A stretch of DNA of 64,000 nucleotides from an uncultured Chlamydiae bacterium (GCA_963828125.1 CAWHDP010000002.1:1312001-1376000), one strand, 5' to 3'. Counted from the first letter of the stretch, positions 28,287 to 38,917 are shown. Notes: generated from the sequence alone by a model not told the origin. Numbers and translations are program-made.

Positions 28287-28943
28287 CTAGCTTCTTTCTG
28301 TAGTTGAAAGAAGATTCACATCATCTGATGTTGGAAGAACCAGATTGAGCATTTTTTCTACTTCCGCTATCTGGTCGTCTGAGATTCTAGTATCATTCAA
28401 TACGATTCGTTCCTCGCTGAGCCATTTTCTCCTTGTTTTTTCCGATGGCAATTCGCAAGGAATCTGCGATAATTTCATGAGAGCCGTAATATCTTTGAGA
28501 CGAACCTTCGGACAAATATGTAAAGCAATTCTTGCGGCTGCTAAAAATGAAACTTTTGTTTCTCTCTCGCCTTTGTCCCTATATGACTCCTTAGGCCGAG
28601 GGACATTATCCGCACCAATCCCCGCAGCCTCCAGCAACGAGGGATTTATAGATATTGAAGGTTTTTTCATAGCCCATTTTAGCCATGCAATACAGGGTGC
28701 TCGATAACCGATCCAAGGTATTAAAGTTAATTCCCCTATCGAGCCGTCCACTTCTACAGAAGCAACTAGATCAAAAATGTGCTGGCCTTGTTTCGACTGA
28801 CGCAACTGATTACAACAAGACTCATTTCCTGCATTAGAGGGCGATACCCCCATAAAAATGCAAAATACCTCTGCCGTTGTCCACCAACCGCGCTCTAATA
28901 ATCCAGCAAAATCGTAGATTCCTTCCGTAGATAAAACTGTCAT
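28287..28943 (-). CDS. Hypothetical protein coupled to the integrase
   Basis: 218 aa; start overlaps the integrase stop; possible C-terminal HTH (PSEKTRRKWL). Confidence 0.6.
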   Translation of the reverse strand: MTVLSTEGIYDFAGLLERGWWTTAEVFCIFMGVSPSNAGNESCCNQLRQSKQGQHIFDLVASVEVDGSIGELTLIPWIGYRAPCIAWLKWAMKKPSISINPSLLEAAGIGADNVPRPKESYRDKGERETKVSFLAAARIALHICPKVRLKDITALMKLSQIPCELPSEKTRRKWLSEERIVLNDTRISDDQIAEVEKMLNLVLPTSDDVNLLSTTERS

Positions 28944-30220
28944 TATTTCTCCCCAAAAAGTTCTCGGTCGAGGTCCTCGACCATTTTTGATTTACGTTCT
29001 GTTTGAATGTGGGTGTAGCGGGCAGTGCTGCGGGAATCTTTGTGTCCCAGCAGCGATCCAATTTCATAGAGATCTTTGCCCTGCTTTCGAAGGGTTGTTG
29101 CATTGGTATGTCTCAAATCATGAAAGTGAAAATCGCAAATGTTTGCCCGTCTGAGCGCAGCTTCCCATGCGCTTCGGATGTCATAGGGCTTCGAAGGATT
29201 ACTGGGAGCAGGAAACACTAAGGCTTCTTTGATTAGATGCCGCCCCCTCCTTTGATGATCGGAAAGAAGGCTACGGGCGTATCCCATCAGCGGAATGGTG
29301 AGAGGTTCTCCATTCTTGGTGGTACGGAGTCGAATGACGCCCTCTGCAAAATCCACGTCTCCCCATGTGAGGTTCTTTATTTTACCGGCACGCATCCCTG
29401 TGGAAAGGGCGAGGACCGCAATCGGTAGAAGCACCGGACACTTGCTTTTCTTGACCTCTTCAAGAAGCGCTGTCTGCTCCTCGCGGGAGAGATAACGCTG
29501 TCTTGCATTTGAGAGGGAAGGCTTGGCGATCTTGAAGACGGGGTTCTCAGGAATCCACTCCCACTCTTTCCAGGCGACGGATAGGAGGTGGGAGAGGGAG
29601 GCGATGTAGCGGATCACTGTGCCTGGCGCGCGCTTGGTCTTTTTGGCGGACTCTTCAGTTTCTAGAATCGAAATAGTCGCCTTGATGAGTGAGGGGCGAA
29701 TTAGAGCCAGCGAGGAAGCTCCAAGATGTTGATTCCACCAGTCGAGATGCTGTTTTCGGTTTCTGGCATCGTTCCCTTTCTTGGGCAGCTCTTCCTTGTA
29801 ATAGCGCGCGACGGCCTCCGCAAAGGTTTTTTTGGAAGCAAGGGCATTAGGAAGGTAGATCCCAAGATCAAGGTTTCGCTGTTGCTCGTTGAGCCAGCCT
29901 TTGGCTGCCTTGACATCAACGAATGTTTTCATGAGGTCGGGATAGCCCGTGCGCCTGAAACGGGCGCGGAATGTGATGATGTTCTTGGAGTTGATGCGAA
30001 TATCTATGCCTGGGGGCAGGCGCTTTTTGAGCGCTTCTAACTGCTTCATTGTGATGACCCTATTTTTTAGGTTAAAAATTGGGTCAGCTGCTGCTCTTGG
30101 GGTGGAACTTGTTGTAGGTTCCTGTGGCTTGCTGTGCTCATTTGGTCCAGGATTGGTCCACGGCAGTGGTTTTGCCGAAAAACTTGAATCTGGAGGACCT
30201 AATGGCTTGCCCTCGGACAT
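28943..30220 (-). CDS. int: Tyrosine integrase
   Basis: TGMR, HDLRHT, LLGH, TARY catalytic motifs; adjacent to the tRNA 3' end. The start may instead be ATG 30049. Confidence 0.93.
   Translation of the reverse strand: MSEGKPLGPPDSSFSAKPLPWTNPGPNEHSKPQEPTTSSTPRAAADPIFNLKNRVITMKQLEALKKRLPPGIDIRINSKNIITFRARFRRTGYPDLMKTFVDVKAAKGWLNEQQRNLDLGIYLPNALASKKTFAEAVARYYKEELPKKGNDARNRKQHLDWWNQHLGASSLALIRPSLIKATISILETEESAKKTKRAPGTVIRYIASLSHLLSVAWKEWEWIPENPVFKIAKPSLSNARQRYLSREEQTALLEEVKKSKCPVLLPIAVLALSTGMRAGKIKNLTWGDVDFAEGVIRLRTTKNGEPLTIPLMGYARSLLSDHQRRGRHLIKEALVFPAPSNPSKPYDIRSAWEAALRRANICDFHFHDLRHTNATTLRKQGKDLYEIGSLLGHKDSRSTARYTHIQTERKSKMVEDLDRELFGEK
30139..30163 (+). repeat. Putative integrase arm-binding tandem repeat (right end)
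   Basis: CATTTGGTCCAggaTTGGTCCACGG, matching 12576-12600. Confidence 0.7.
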
Positions 30221-30250
30221 ACCTCCTAAAACGGGTTAGGTTTTGATGGT

Positions 30251-30323
30251 TGCCTGAAGCCGGAATCGAACCGACGACCTTCGCATTACGAATGCGCTGC
30301 TCTACCAACTGAGCTATTCAGGC
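30251..30323 (-). tRNA. tRNA-Thr(CGT)
   Basis: GCCTGAA TAGCTCAGTTGGTAGAGC A GCGCA TT CGT AA TGCG... GGTTCGATTCC...TTCAGGC A forms a full cloverleaf. Confidence 0.95.
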
Positions 30324-30386
30324 CAAAATGAATCGACAAGATTACTAGAGAAGCTATTTTTCCCTCAATAAGATATCATTGCCTCC

Positions 30387-31079
30387 ATGTATGAAGGGAA
30401 AACAATTGGCGCCGTATTGCTGATGGGAGGCCAGGGACTCCGTTTTGGAAGCGAGGTTCCTAAACAATTCCATCTCCTCGGCGAAACAATGATTTACTGC
30501 TATCCCCTCGACACTTTAATCCGCTCAGCTCTCTTTGACGAGATCGTCCTCGTCTGCCCTCCAAACCGGATGGATATTCCGGAAGATCACGTCGCCAAGG
30601 GCGGGGCCACCCGCCAAGAATCTTCCTATCTAGGTATTCTCGCCTTCAAGCAGCGCCCTGATATCGTCCTCATCCACGATGCAGTCCGCCCTTTCGTAAC
30701 TCTCAGAATCTTGAAAGATAATGTGGAGGGGGCCGTCCGTTGGGGCGCTGTCGATACCTGCATCCCTTCTGCCGACACCCTAGTCTATGCCCCATATCGA
30801 GAAAGGATCGAATCCATCCCAATCAGAGAACACTACCTGAGAGGTCAGACGCCGCAAACTTTTCGAATGGACTGGATCTTAGAAGCCCACGAAAGGGCGC
30901 TCGCTGACGGGATCAAAAATGCAAGCGATGATTGTTCCTTGGTCTTGAGATTGGGAAAACAGGTGCATATCGTAGCGGGGGACGAGACAAATATCAAAAT
31001 CACCTCAGAATTCGATCTCGCGATCGCTAAAAACCTGCTCAAAATCCAAGCGGCGCGAGAAAAAAACAAAAATCTTTGA
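30387..31079 (+). CDS. ispD: 2-C-methyl-D-erythritol 4-phosphate cytidylyltransferase
   Basis: GG.G.RFG..PKQF, GGATRQES, IHDAVRPF, QTPQTF, NIKIT. Confidence 0.9.
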   Translation: MYEGKTIGAVLLMGGQGLRFGSEVPKQFHLLGETMIYCYPLDTLIRSALFDEIVLVCPPNRMDIPEDHVAKGGATRQESSYLGILAFKQRPDIVLIHDAVRPFVTLRILKDNVEGAVRWGAVDTCIPSADTLVYAPYRERIESIPIREHYLRGQTPQTFRMDWILEAHERALADGIKNASDDCSLVLRLGKQVHIVAGDETNIKITSEFDLAIAKNLLKIQAAREKNKNL

Positions 31080-31149
31080 AGAAAAAATCTTAACCATGGC
31101 AATTTTCAAGAATTGCTGATACAATCCTGTCTGTTTTTGGAGAATTCGA

Positions 31150-32064
31150 ATGACCGCTGTTACCTCAGAATCAAGACAATTGCATAACAAAGCCCTCCTC
31201 GGCGTGCTGCTCATGCTCGGAGGCCTCGCCCTTTACGCCCTCTCAGACGCCTTCATCAAACAACTAATGGGTACCTACTCAGTCCCTCAAACTAGCTTTT
31301 TACGGGCTTTCACAAGACTCGTCCCCCTTTCAATCGCAGTCTTTATGCAGGGCGGAGTAAAGCGGATCTTCTCGACGCAGCATCCAACCCGCCACATCGC
31401 CAGGCTCGGAGTCAATCTAGCCTACACGTATTCATTCATGTACGCCTTCTCAATCGCCTCCCTCACAACCATCTATACTGTTAGCTACACTTCGTCTCTC
31501 TTCATGATCGTCTTGAGCGCACTCATCCTCAAAGAAACAGTGACCCAAGAAAAATGGGTCGCCGTCGCGATCGGTATGATCGGCGTCCTCATCGCTATGC
31601 GACCAGGGACAGCCGTTTTTGAAACAGCTGCAATCGTTGTCCTCTTCGGCACTTTCCTCGGCAGCCTCAATAAGATCCTCATGCGGCGCCTCGCTGCCAC
31701 AGAACACAGCTTGGCCATCGCTATCTACCCAAATGTCGCCATGATCCTGGTCACCTTCCCTTTCTTGATCCATACTTGGCAACCCCTCTCTCTTCACGAT
31801 TGGGGGTTTTTCGCTATCGTAGGGCTCATCACCGCAACCGGCCAGTACGCAATTGCTCAGTCTCTCCGGTTCGCACAAGGATCGACGCTCGCATCCATGG
31901 ACTATTCCACTTTCTTCTGGGTCGTCGCACTCGATTTTTTCTGGTGGGAAAAAACCCCAGATCTCTTCACCCTGACCGGCGCCGCCGTAATCGTGGGGAG
32001 CAACCTGTATATCCTTTTCCGCAGTAGACGGGAACAGGCGGAAAAAAAATTATCCCCAACGTGA
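31150..32064 (+). CDS. DMT/EamA family transporter
   Basis: About 10 hydrophobic segments in two EamA repeats. Confidence 0.85.
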   Translation: MTAVTSESRQLHNKALLGVLLMLGGLALYALSDAFIKQLMGTYSVPQTSFLRAFTRLVPLSIAVFMQGGVKRIFSTQHPTRHIARLGVNLAYTYSFMYAFSIASLTTIYTVSYTSSLFMIVLSALILKETVTQEKWVAVAIGMIGVLIAMRPGTAVFETAAIVVLFGTFLGSLNKILMRRLAATEHSLAIAIYPNVAMILVTFPFLIHTWQPLSLHDWGFFAIVGLITATGQYAIAQSLRFAQGSTLASMDYSTFFWVVALDFFWWEKTPDLFTLTGAAVIVGSNLYILFRSRREQAEKKLSPT

Positions 32065-33213
32065 TTCGCAAATCTCTTTCACCGCATCGGCAAACACATC
32101 GATCTCTTCTCTCGTATTATATAAGCCAAATGAGGCCCGAGCAGCCGCCGCAAGGCCAAATCGGCGGAGCAGGGGCTGGGCGCACAGGTGGCCTGACCGA
32201 ATGGCCATATTTCTCAAATCTAAAAGAGTGGCCAGATCCAATGGATGAACCCCATCGATGTGGAAGGTGAGGATCGGCCCTTTCTCGGGCGCTGTGCCGA
32301 TGATTCTCAGTCGAGGAATTTCAAGAAGCCGTTCGGTAGCATAGGGGAGGAGAAGATCAGGTTGCCGATACCGTTCAACAAACTCAAGGGCGGGCTTGAG
32401 GGCAATCACAGATCCAATCAGCGGAGTGCCCGCTTCAAAACGGAAAGGGGGCTGTTGGTACGAACTCTCTTGATCGCCCACTTGCTCAATCATGTCGCCG
32501 CCGCCTTGGAGCGGGGGCATCGTTTCAAGAATTTTCTTTCGCCCATAGAGGACGCCCACCCCAGTTGGCCCATAGCATTTGTGGCCAGAAAAAGCGTAAA
32601 AATCGGCGCCAAGAGCCGCGACATCCATCTTCAGATGAGGCGCTGCTTGAGCGCCGTCAACGAGAAGTTTGGCCCCTACTGCATGGGCCGCTTGGCCGAT
32701 CTCTTGAATCGGATTGATGGTGCCAGTGACATTCGAGATGTGGGCGATGGCAACAATTTTTGTCCGAGAAGTGATACAGCCGTGCCACTGAAGGACGCCC
32801 CGCTCGTCCACGGGAATGTAGCAGAGGATGGCCCCCGTTTGTTTAGCTAGCATCTGCCAGGGGACCAGATTGGAGTGGTGCTCCATTTCGGAGATGAGAA
32901 TCTCATCCCCAGGCTGCAAGATCGTCCGACCATAACTTTGGGCAACAAGATTGATCGCGTCGGTCGTGCCGCGGGTAAAGATAATTTCTTCAGGCAATGC
33001 ATTGAGAAAGCGGGCGGCGGTCAGCCGGGTTGCATGGTACTGCTCACCCGCCTTAATCGATTGGGAGTAAATAGCCCTATGGACGGTTGCATAGTCTTCA
33101 GCATAAAACCGGGTCAGGGCGTCGATGACGGACCGGGGTTTGTGGGCAGTGGCCGCGCTGTCAAGATAGACCCAGTCCGGGTGTTTTTTAAAGATCGGGA
33201 ACTCATCGCGCAT
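32050..33213 (-). CDS. sufS: Cysteine desulfurase SufS
   Basis: YLDSAAT, EHHSN, DGAQ, FSGHK, RSGHLCAQP. Confidence 0.95.
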   Translation of the reverse strand: MRDEFPIFKKHPDWVYLDSAATAHKPRSVIDALTRFYAEDYATVHRAIYSQSIKAGEQYHATRLTAARFLNALPEEIIFTRGTTDAINLVAQSYGRTILQPGDEILISEMEHHSNLVPWQMLAKQTGAILCYIPVDERGVLQWHGCITSRTKIVAIAHISNVTGTINPIQEIGQAAHAVGAKLLVDGAQAAPHLKMDVAALGADFYAFSGHKCYGPTGVGVLYGRKKILETMPPLQGGGDMIEQVGDQESSYQQPPFRFEAGTPLIGSVIALKPALEFVERYRQPDLLLPYATERLLEIPRLRIIGTAPEKGPILTFHIDGVHPLDLATLLDLRNMAIRSGHLCAQPLLRRFGLAAAARASFGLYNTREEIDVFADAVKEICESRWG

Positions 33214-34324
33214 GATCTAGGATCTCCTTACAAAAGCCGCCAATGAGCCAGCGTTGCGCCTCCTCCACGCTAAGGCCGCGGGAACGGAGGTAAAAAAGCG
33301 CCTCCTTGCTGAGCTGGCCGGTCGTCGAGCCGTGGGACGCTTTCACATCATCGGCAAAAATCTCCAAATTGGGCTTCGCATTGGCAGAGGCCCCATCGGT
33401 TAAAATCAGATTGTTGTTCAATTGGTAAGCTTCTGTTTTTTGAGCCTCCGAATGAACGTAAATCTTCCCCTCAAAAGAGTAACGGCTCTCATCCTTCACA
33501 ACGCTTTTAAAATGCTGTCTGGATCTCGTATGCGGGGCCATATGTTCGATCCGAGCATGAATATGCGCCTCCCCATCGCCCTCTAACTGAGCCAGTCCAT
33601 AGAGTTCCGCTTCGCTATTCTCCTCAACCAACTCGACGTGAATCGACGTTCTCAGCCTCTTTCCCAATAAAACAGCCTTCGATTTGCTGTCCCGCTTCAA
33701 GGTAGCCCGGATCGCTTGAAAATCGCCCTCCGCCTCATCGATGAATGTCAACAAAGCTCCTTGATCAAGCACTAAGTCGACAGCGCTATTCGAAAACCCA
33801 TAACTCCCCTCCGACGTCTGGGTCAGCCGGAGTTCGGCCCCCCTCCCCAAGTATATGTGGAGCCGCGGGCTTGCCATCTCTTTGCCCGTATAAATCTGAA
33901 GACAATGTAAAGCAGCTTTACATTTAGGAGGAACATAGAGAAAAAGACCTTGTCCGTGAAAGGCGCTATTGAGGGCGGCAAAGGGATCGGTCTCTTGCTT
34001 GAGGGTTTTCGCGAGGCGGCTTTGCAAAAAGAGGCTGTACGAGTGGGTCGCTGTCTCAAGAGGAAGAGAGACGAGGGACCTAGGGATATCAGATAGGGCC
34101 TCTTCAAAAAAACCGTCGACGAAAACGAGACCTTGCGCGCGGGGCCTCACGATTTTTTTTCGCTCAGCGAGTTTTGGAAATTGGAGTTTTTTTGTCAGGT
34201 ATTGGAACTCTTCTTGCTTAGGGCGGGGCAGACCGATCGCAGTAAACAGATTCCACCCTTTCGTCCGATAGCCAACTAGGGGATCTTTTGGATTGAGCCA
34301 TTCCGCCCAGTAGCTCTCAAGCAT
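33203..34324 (-). CDS. sufD: Fe-S assembly protein SufD
   Basis: FEGKI.V...AQKT.A.Q, KPNLEIFADDVKASHG, FYLRSRG. Likely start ATG 34324. Confidence 0.9.
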   Translation of the reverse strand: MLESYWAEWLNPKDPLVGYRTKGWNLFTAIGLPRPKQEEFQYLTKKLQFPKLAERKKIVRPRAQGLVFVDGFFEEALSDIPRSLVSLPLETATHSYSLFLQSRLAKTLKQETDPFAALNSAFHGQGLFLYVPPKCKAALHCLQIYTGKEMASPRLHIYLGRGAELRLTQTSEGSYGFSNSAVDLVLDQGALLTFIDEAEGDFQAIRATLKRDSKSKAVLLGKRLRTSIHVELVEENSEAELYGLAQLEGDGEAHIHARIEHMAPHTRSRQHFKSVVKDESRYSFEGKIYVHSEAQKTEAYQLNNNLILTDGASANAKPNLEIFADDVKASHGSTTGQLSKEALFYLRSRGLSVEEAQRWLIGGFCKEILDHAR

Positions 34325-35009
34325 AGCCCTTCTCTTCGAGCTCCAGGGCAAGCTCAGCTCCCCCTGTCCGGATTATTTTTCCATCCGCAAGGACGTGAAC
34401 GAAATCGGGACGGATGTAATCGAGAAGCCTCTGATAGTGAGTGATGATGAGAAAGCTCCTCTCCGGACTGCGCATCGCATTGACTCTCTTAGCGACAATC
34501 CGTATCGCGTCGATATCGAGCCCAGAGTCGGTCTCATCTAAAACCGCTAAATCGGGGCTGAAAAGGGCCATTTGTAAAATCTCATTTCGCTTTTTCTCGC
34601 CGCCGGAAAACCCCTCGTTGAGATTCCGGTCTAAAAACTCAAGATCCATTTCGAGTTCGCCCATCTTCTCTTCGATCTTCCCCTCTTTGCCTAAAGCCCT
34701 CATCGCGGCCTCCAAAAACTGCCGATTGGTGACGCCGGAAATCTCGAGCGGATACTGGAAGCTCATAAAAAGCCCGACCCTTGCCCTCTCTTCCGGATCC
34801 ATATCGAGGAGATCTTGCCCCTTAAACCAAATTTCGCCGCTCGTCGCCTCGTACGCAGGATGGCCGGCCAAAATATTGGCAAGGGTCGATTTCCCAGCGC
34901 CGTTAGGGCCCATGACCGCATGGATCTCACCCCTCCCAATCGACAAGCTCAAACCCTTTAAAATCGGCTTGCTATCGACACTGACACAAAGATTTTTGAT
35001 TTCCAACAT
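34317..35009 (-). CDS. sufC: Fe-S assembly ATPase SufC
   Basis: GPNGAGKST, FSGGEKKR, LDETDSGLD. Confidence 0.95.
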   Translation of the reverse strand: MLEIKNLCVSVDSKPILKGLSLSIGRGEIHAVMGPNGAGKSTLANILAGHPAYEATSGEIWFKGQDLLDMDPEERARVGLFMSFQYPLEISGVTNRQFLEAAMRALGKEGKIEEKMGELEMDLEFLDRNLNEGFSGGEKKRNEILQMALFSPDLAVLDETDSGLDIDAIRIVAKRVNAMRSPERSFLIITHYQRLLDYIRPDFVHVLADGKIIRTGGAELALELEEKGYA

Positions 35010-35010
35010 C

Positions 35011-36423
35011 TTATCCCACCGAATGTTCCAATTTTAAAGCCAATAACTTCTGCGCCTCTTGCGCGAATTCAAGCGGGAGCTCCTGGATCACATCTTTGCA
35101 AAAACCGTTCACGATCAAATTGATCGCATCTTCCCGTCCGATCCCGCGGCTCTGCAAATAAAAAATCTGATCCTCATTCATCTTTGAAGTCGACGCCTCA
35201 TGCTCTACCTGCGCCGTACCGCTTGCCACTTCGATATACGGAAACGTGTTGGCCGAACACTCGTTCCCGATCAACATCGAATCGCACTGCGTATAATTCC
35301 TCGCCCCCACAGCCTTTGACGGCATGTAGACGCGCCCCCGGTAGCTGTTGTGCGACTGGTCTGCCGAAATCCCCTTCGAAATGATCGTCGAGCGGGTATC
35401 TTTGCCGATGTGGATCATTTTCGTCCCTGTATCCGCCTGCATTTTTCCGTTTGTGAGCGCCACCGAATAAAACTCGCCGACGGACCGGTCGCCCCGCAAA
35501 ATGCAGCTCGGATACTTCCACGTGATCGCTGCCCCTGCCTCCACCTGCGTCCAAGAGATCTTCGCATCCTCGAGCGCAAGGCCCCGCTTCGTCACAAAAT
35601 TGTAGATCCCCCCTTTTCCCGTTTTCGGATCGCCCGCATACCAATTTTGCACAGTCGAATACTTAATCTCCGAACGATCCTTCGCGATCAACTCAACGAC
35701 TGCCGCATGGAGCTGGTTCGTGTCGAATGCGGGGGCCGTACACCCCTCCAAGTAACTGACGTAAGAGCCCTCCTCAGCGATGATCAGCGTCCGCTCAAAC
35801 TGACCCGTCTCTTTCTCATTGATCCTAAAATAGGTCGAAAGTTCCATCGGAGAGCGAACCCCCTTGGGCACATAGACAAACGAACCATCGGAAAAGACCG
35901 CCGAATTGAGCGCAGCGAAAAAATTGTCGCCGATCGGAACCACCGAACCTAAATATTTTTCGATCAGCTCAGGGTAGGTTTTCACCGCCTCGGAAATCGA
36001 ACATAATACGACGCCGGCGTCGGCCAGCTTTTTTTGGAACGTCGTCCCCAGCGATACCGAGTCGAAGACCACGTCCATCGCCACGTTCGTCAGCCGCTTT
36101 TGTTCATCCAAGGGGATGCCGAGCCGCTCAAAAGTCTTCAGAATTTCAGGATCCACTTCGCTCAGACTCTCGAGCCTCGGCTTGTTCTTCGGCTCAGAAT
36201 AATAAGAGATTTCTTGATAATTCATCGGAGGATATTTGAGGTTCGGCCATGAGGGCGCAGCCATCTTCTGCCACTGCCGGAAGGCTTTAAGTCTAAACTT
36301 TAACAGAAACGGAGGTTCCCCCTTCCTCTCAGAAATCGCCCGGATCGTCCCTTCGCTCAAGCCCTTAGGAAAAACCTCCGACTCAACCTCCGCCACAAAC
36401 CCATATTTATATTCTGTCGTCAT
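35011..36423 (-). CDS. sufB: Fe-S assembly protein SufB
   Basis: [29 protein letters not shown]. Confidence 0.96.
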   Translation of the reverse strand: MTTEYKYGFVAEVESEVFPKGLSEGTIRAISERKGEPPFLLKFRLKAFRQWQKMAAPSWPNLKYPPMNYQEISYYSEPKNKPRLESLSEVDPEILKTFERLGIPLDEQKRLTNVAMDVVFDSVSLGTTFQKKLADAGVVLCSISEAVKTYPELIEKYLGSVVPIGDNFFAALNSAVFSDGSFVYVPKGVRSPMELSTYFRINEKETGQFERTLIIAEEGSYVSYLEGCTAPAFDTNQLHAAVVELIAKDRSEIKYSTVQNWYAGDPKTGKGGIYNFVTKRGLALEDAKISWTQVEAGAAITWKYPSCILRGDRSVGEFYSVALTNGKMQADTGTKMIHIGKDTRSTIISKGISADQSHNSYRGRVYMPSKAVGARNYTQCDSMLIGNECSANTFPYIEVASGTAQVEHEASTSKMNEDQIFYLQSRGIGREDAINLIVNGFCKDVIQELPLEFAQEAQKLLALKLEHSVG

Positions 36424-36536
36424 ACGATTGAAGAAGATTTTACCTGACTGACCCTTTCAACGTCAACCAACTAGAATATGGCAATTGTTTATTACAATAA
36501 TAAACAGTATAATTCAGAAAAGCGGGGTTTTAATAG

Positions 36537-36830
36537 ATGTCGCAACATCCAGCGCAAGAACTTCCTATTCGCTCTAAACTGCAAATGCTCGATGACATCA
36601 TCCAAATTATTCACTATTTGCATGCAGGCAATCGAAAAAAAGGGGAACCTCTCATCGATGATTTAAAAATCCGCTCTCTATTTTTAGACGATGCAATCCA
36701 GCAAGACGTCCTCATTTTTTGTGAGCAGGTCTGCTTTCAATACGACTACGATCCGTGGCACAAGGTCACTCAGGATGTGCAGCAATCGGCCGACAAGTTG
36801 ATCGATCACCTAGGATTTACAATGTCTTAA
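36537..36830 (+). CDS. Conserved-looking hypothetical protein (97 aa)
   Basis: Clean ORF with natural composition in the intergenic space divergent from sufB. Confidence 0.55.
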   Translation: MSQHPAQELPIRSKLQMLDDIIQIIHYLHAGNRKKGEPLIDDLKIRSLFLDDAIQQDVLIFCEQVCFQYDYDPWHKVTQDVQQSADKLIDHLGFTMS

Positions 36831-36906
36831 CACGAATTTAAAAAAAATCTTGCGCATATTTTTTTTTTGCGATACGATGGCCTTTCACATTTTTTTTGGA
36901 GGTAAC

Positions 36907-37461
36907 ATGAATATCAAGCAACTATCATTATCAACACCGCTCGAAGCTGTGTATCATAAGTTCTTAAAAGACATTCCATCTTCTCCTGTCAATGAGAAAA
37001 AGATGCAGGAGCAGTGCTGCAAGCAAGTAAAGGAATGCGTACAAGTCTACGCGCGACCTAACAGCCTTTTAGGGTATATACCCTGGCTGGTTCAGCGTGT
37101 GTGGCAGGCTGTTAAGGGAATTTTTGGGTATTCCACTTGGCAAACCACCCGCCAATTGATTTCAAGCACCATCCTCGAACTCATGGATAAAAAGCTCAAA
37201 GCGGACTTCGGAGATGAAATCGCCGGTCTGCTTCCCCCACTCGTAGACTTGGCTTTGCAGACTTTAGTCACTATCGAGAACTGGAAAGCCGAGCCTTCCA
37301 AAGAGCTGCTTAAGCACTTCAATTTGCAACTGCCCGAAGAAGAGACCGTGGCGGTTCAGACCTACGCTAGCGATCCGGTAGGAGTTGAGACAGAAGTTGC
37401 AGCAAGTAGCCAGTCACAACCATCGACGCTGCGAACCTCAATAGCAGAATCGTTGAACTAA
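36907..37461 (+). CDS. Hypothetical protein
   Basis: GGAGG RBS before ATG 36907; Ser/Thr-rich tail. Confidence 0.6.
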   Translation: MNIKQLSLSTPLEAVYHKFLKDIPSSPVNEKKMQEQCCKQVKECVQVYARPNSLLGYIPWLVQRVWQAVKGIFGYSTWQTTRQLISSTILELMDKKLKADFGDEIAGLLPPLVDLALQTLVTIENWKAEPSKELLKHFNLQLPEEETVAVQTYASDPVGVETEVAASSQSQPSTLRTSIAESLN

Positions 37462-37573
37462 AAGGGACTTTCCCTTAAAAATTGATTCCCCGCGGCTTAT
37501 CTGCGGGGAATCGTTTTTTATTGCCGAAAATGTGTTCATATAGGAGAATGCTCCCTCCATTCAGGAGAAGTAT

Positions 37574-38917
37574 ATGGACATTCAAATTCCTTTTTTCAGC
37601 ACTTCAGTGGTTGTTTCCCTTCTCATCTCCGCCCTCACCCTGTATTCTCTCGCAAAGCTCTATCGGAGATGCCCATCCAATAAAATACTGGTTGTCTATG
37701 GGCGGGTGGGCGGAAGTCGAAACGTCCGCTGCCACCACGGGGGCGGGGCCGTCGTTTGGCCGGTGATCCAGGGGTGTGCTTTTCTCGACCTGACCCCGCG
37801 GACCATCCATATTCCGCTCAAAGGCGCCCTTTCCCATCAAAATATCCGCGTCAACGTCCCAAGCACCTTCACGGTCGCAGTGGGCCTTGCGCCAGAGATC
37901 ATGAATAACGCTGCGGTGAGACTTCTTGATCTCGACAACCGAGGCATCGAATCGATGGCGACCGAGATCATCATTGGCCAACTGAGGCTCACCGTCGCCT
38001 CGCTCCGAATTGAGGAGATCAACCAAGATCGGGAGCGGTTCTTAGAATCGATCAAGAAAAATATTGAACCTGAGCTGCACAAAATCGGCCTCACTCTCTT
38101 GAATGTCAACATCACCGATATCACCGACGAGTCGGAATACATCGACAGCATCGGGAAAAAAGCCTCCTCGACCGCGGTTAACCAAGCCAAAGTCGACGTC
38201 GCCGAGCAAGAAAAGCAGGGGGATATCGGCAAAGCGCTGGCCGAAAGAGACCGGCGCATTTCAGTCGCCTCCTACCATGCGGCGGCCGTACAAGGGGAAA
38301 ACGAATCGAAAGCCCAGATCGCTTTGACAAACGCGATGCTCGCCGAAAAAGAGGCGCAAGCAGGCCAGCGGAGCCAAGTGGCCAAGCAGCAAGCAGAGAC
38401 CGAAATCCAACGGGCTCGAGCTTTGGCGCAAATGCAGCTCCTCGAAGCGGAACAGATTGTCCCGCAAGAGATCGCGAAAAAGAAAATCGAGATCGAGGCG
38501 GCGGCCGAGGCCCAGAGCAAAGTGCTGATCGCCCGCGGCGAGGCTGAAGCGCTCCTCGCTGTCCGCCAGGCTGAGGCCGAAGGGATCCAAAAATTGCTCG
38601 ACGCCAAGGCGAAAGGTTATAAACAGCTCATCGAGGCCTGCGGCGATGACGCCAAGAGCGCCTCGACTATGCTCCTCATCGAAAAACTCGAAGAGATCGT
38701 CGGGCTCCAAACGGAGGCGATCAAGAACATCAAGATCGACAAAATCACCGTTTGGGATAGCGGAAATGTGGGCGGAGATCCTGCAAAGGGGAGCTCCACA
38801 TCGAACTTCATCAGCCAATTCGTCAAATCGCTCCCCAGTTTGCACGACGTGACCGCCATGGCGGGATTGGAACTCCCTCCGTTTTTAGGCAAAATGACAG
38901 AAGAAGCGAAGAAGTAG
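37574..38917 (+). CDS. Flotillin/SPFH-domain protein
   Basis: N-terminal TM, GG..VWPVIQ, IN.DRE.F, AEA-rich coiled coil, IDKITVWD. Confidence 0.92.
   Translation: MDIQIPFFSTSVVVSLLISALTLYSLAKLYRRCPSNKILVVYGRVGGSRNVRCHHGGGAVVWPVIQGCAFLDLTPRTIHIPLKGALSHQNIRVNVPSTFTVAVGLAPEIMNNAAVRLLDLDNRGIESMATEIIIGQLRLTVASLRIEEINQDRERFLESIKKNIEPELHKIGLTLLNVNITDITDESEYIDSIGKKASSTAVNQAKVDVAEQEKQGDIGKALAERDRRISVASYHAAAVQGENESKAQIALTNAMLAEKEAQAGQRSQVAKQQAETEIQRARALAQMQLLEAEQIVPQEIAKKKIEIEAAAEAQSKVLIARGEAEALLAVRQAEAEGIQKLLDAKAKGYKQLIEACGDDAKSASTMLLIEKLEEIVGLQTEAIKNIKIDKITVWDSGNVGGDPAKGSSTSNFISQFVKSLPSLHDVTAMAGLELPPFLGKMTEEAKK

Larger units (their letters stand above)
12415..30293. mobile_element. tRNA-Thr-integrated genomic island, satellite/IME-like, ~17.9 kb
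   Basis: Flanking att direct repeats, integrase beside the tRNA, AlpA-primase/helicase module, defence-like cargo. No structural phage or conjugation genes. Confidence 0.9.

Noticed and set aside
12415..30293. Complete prophage or conjugative ICE
   Set aside because: No capsid, portal, large terminase, tail, relaxase or T4SS genes identified.
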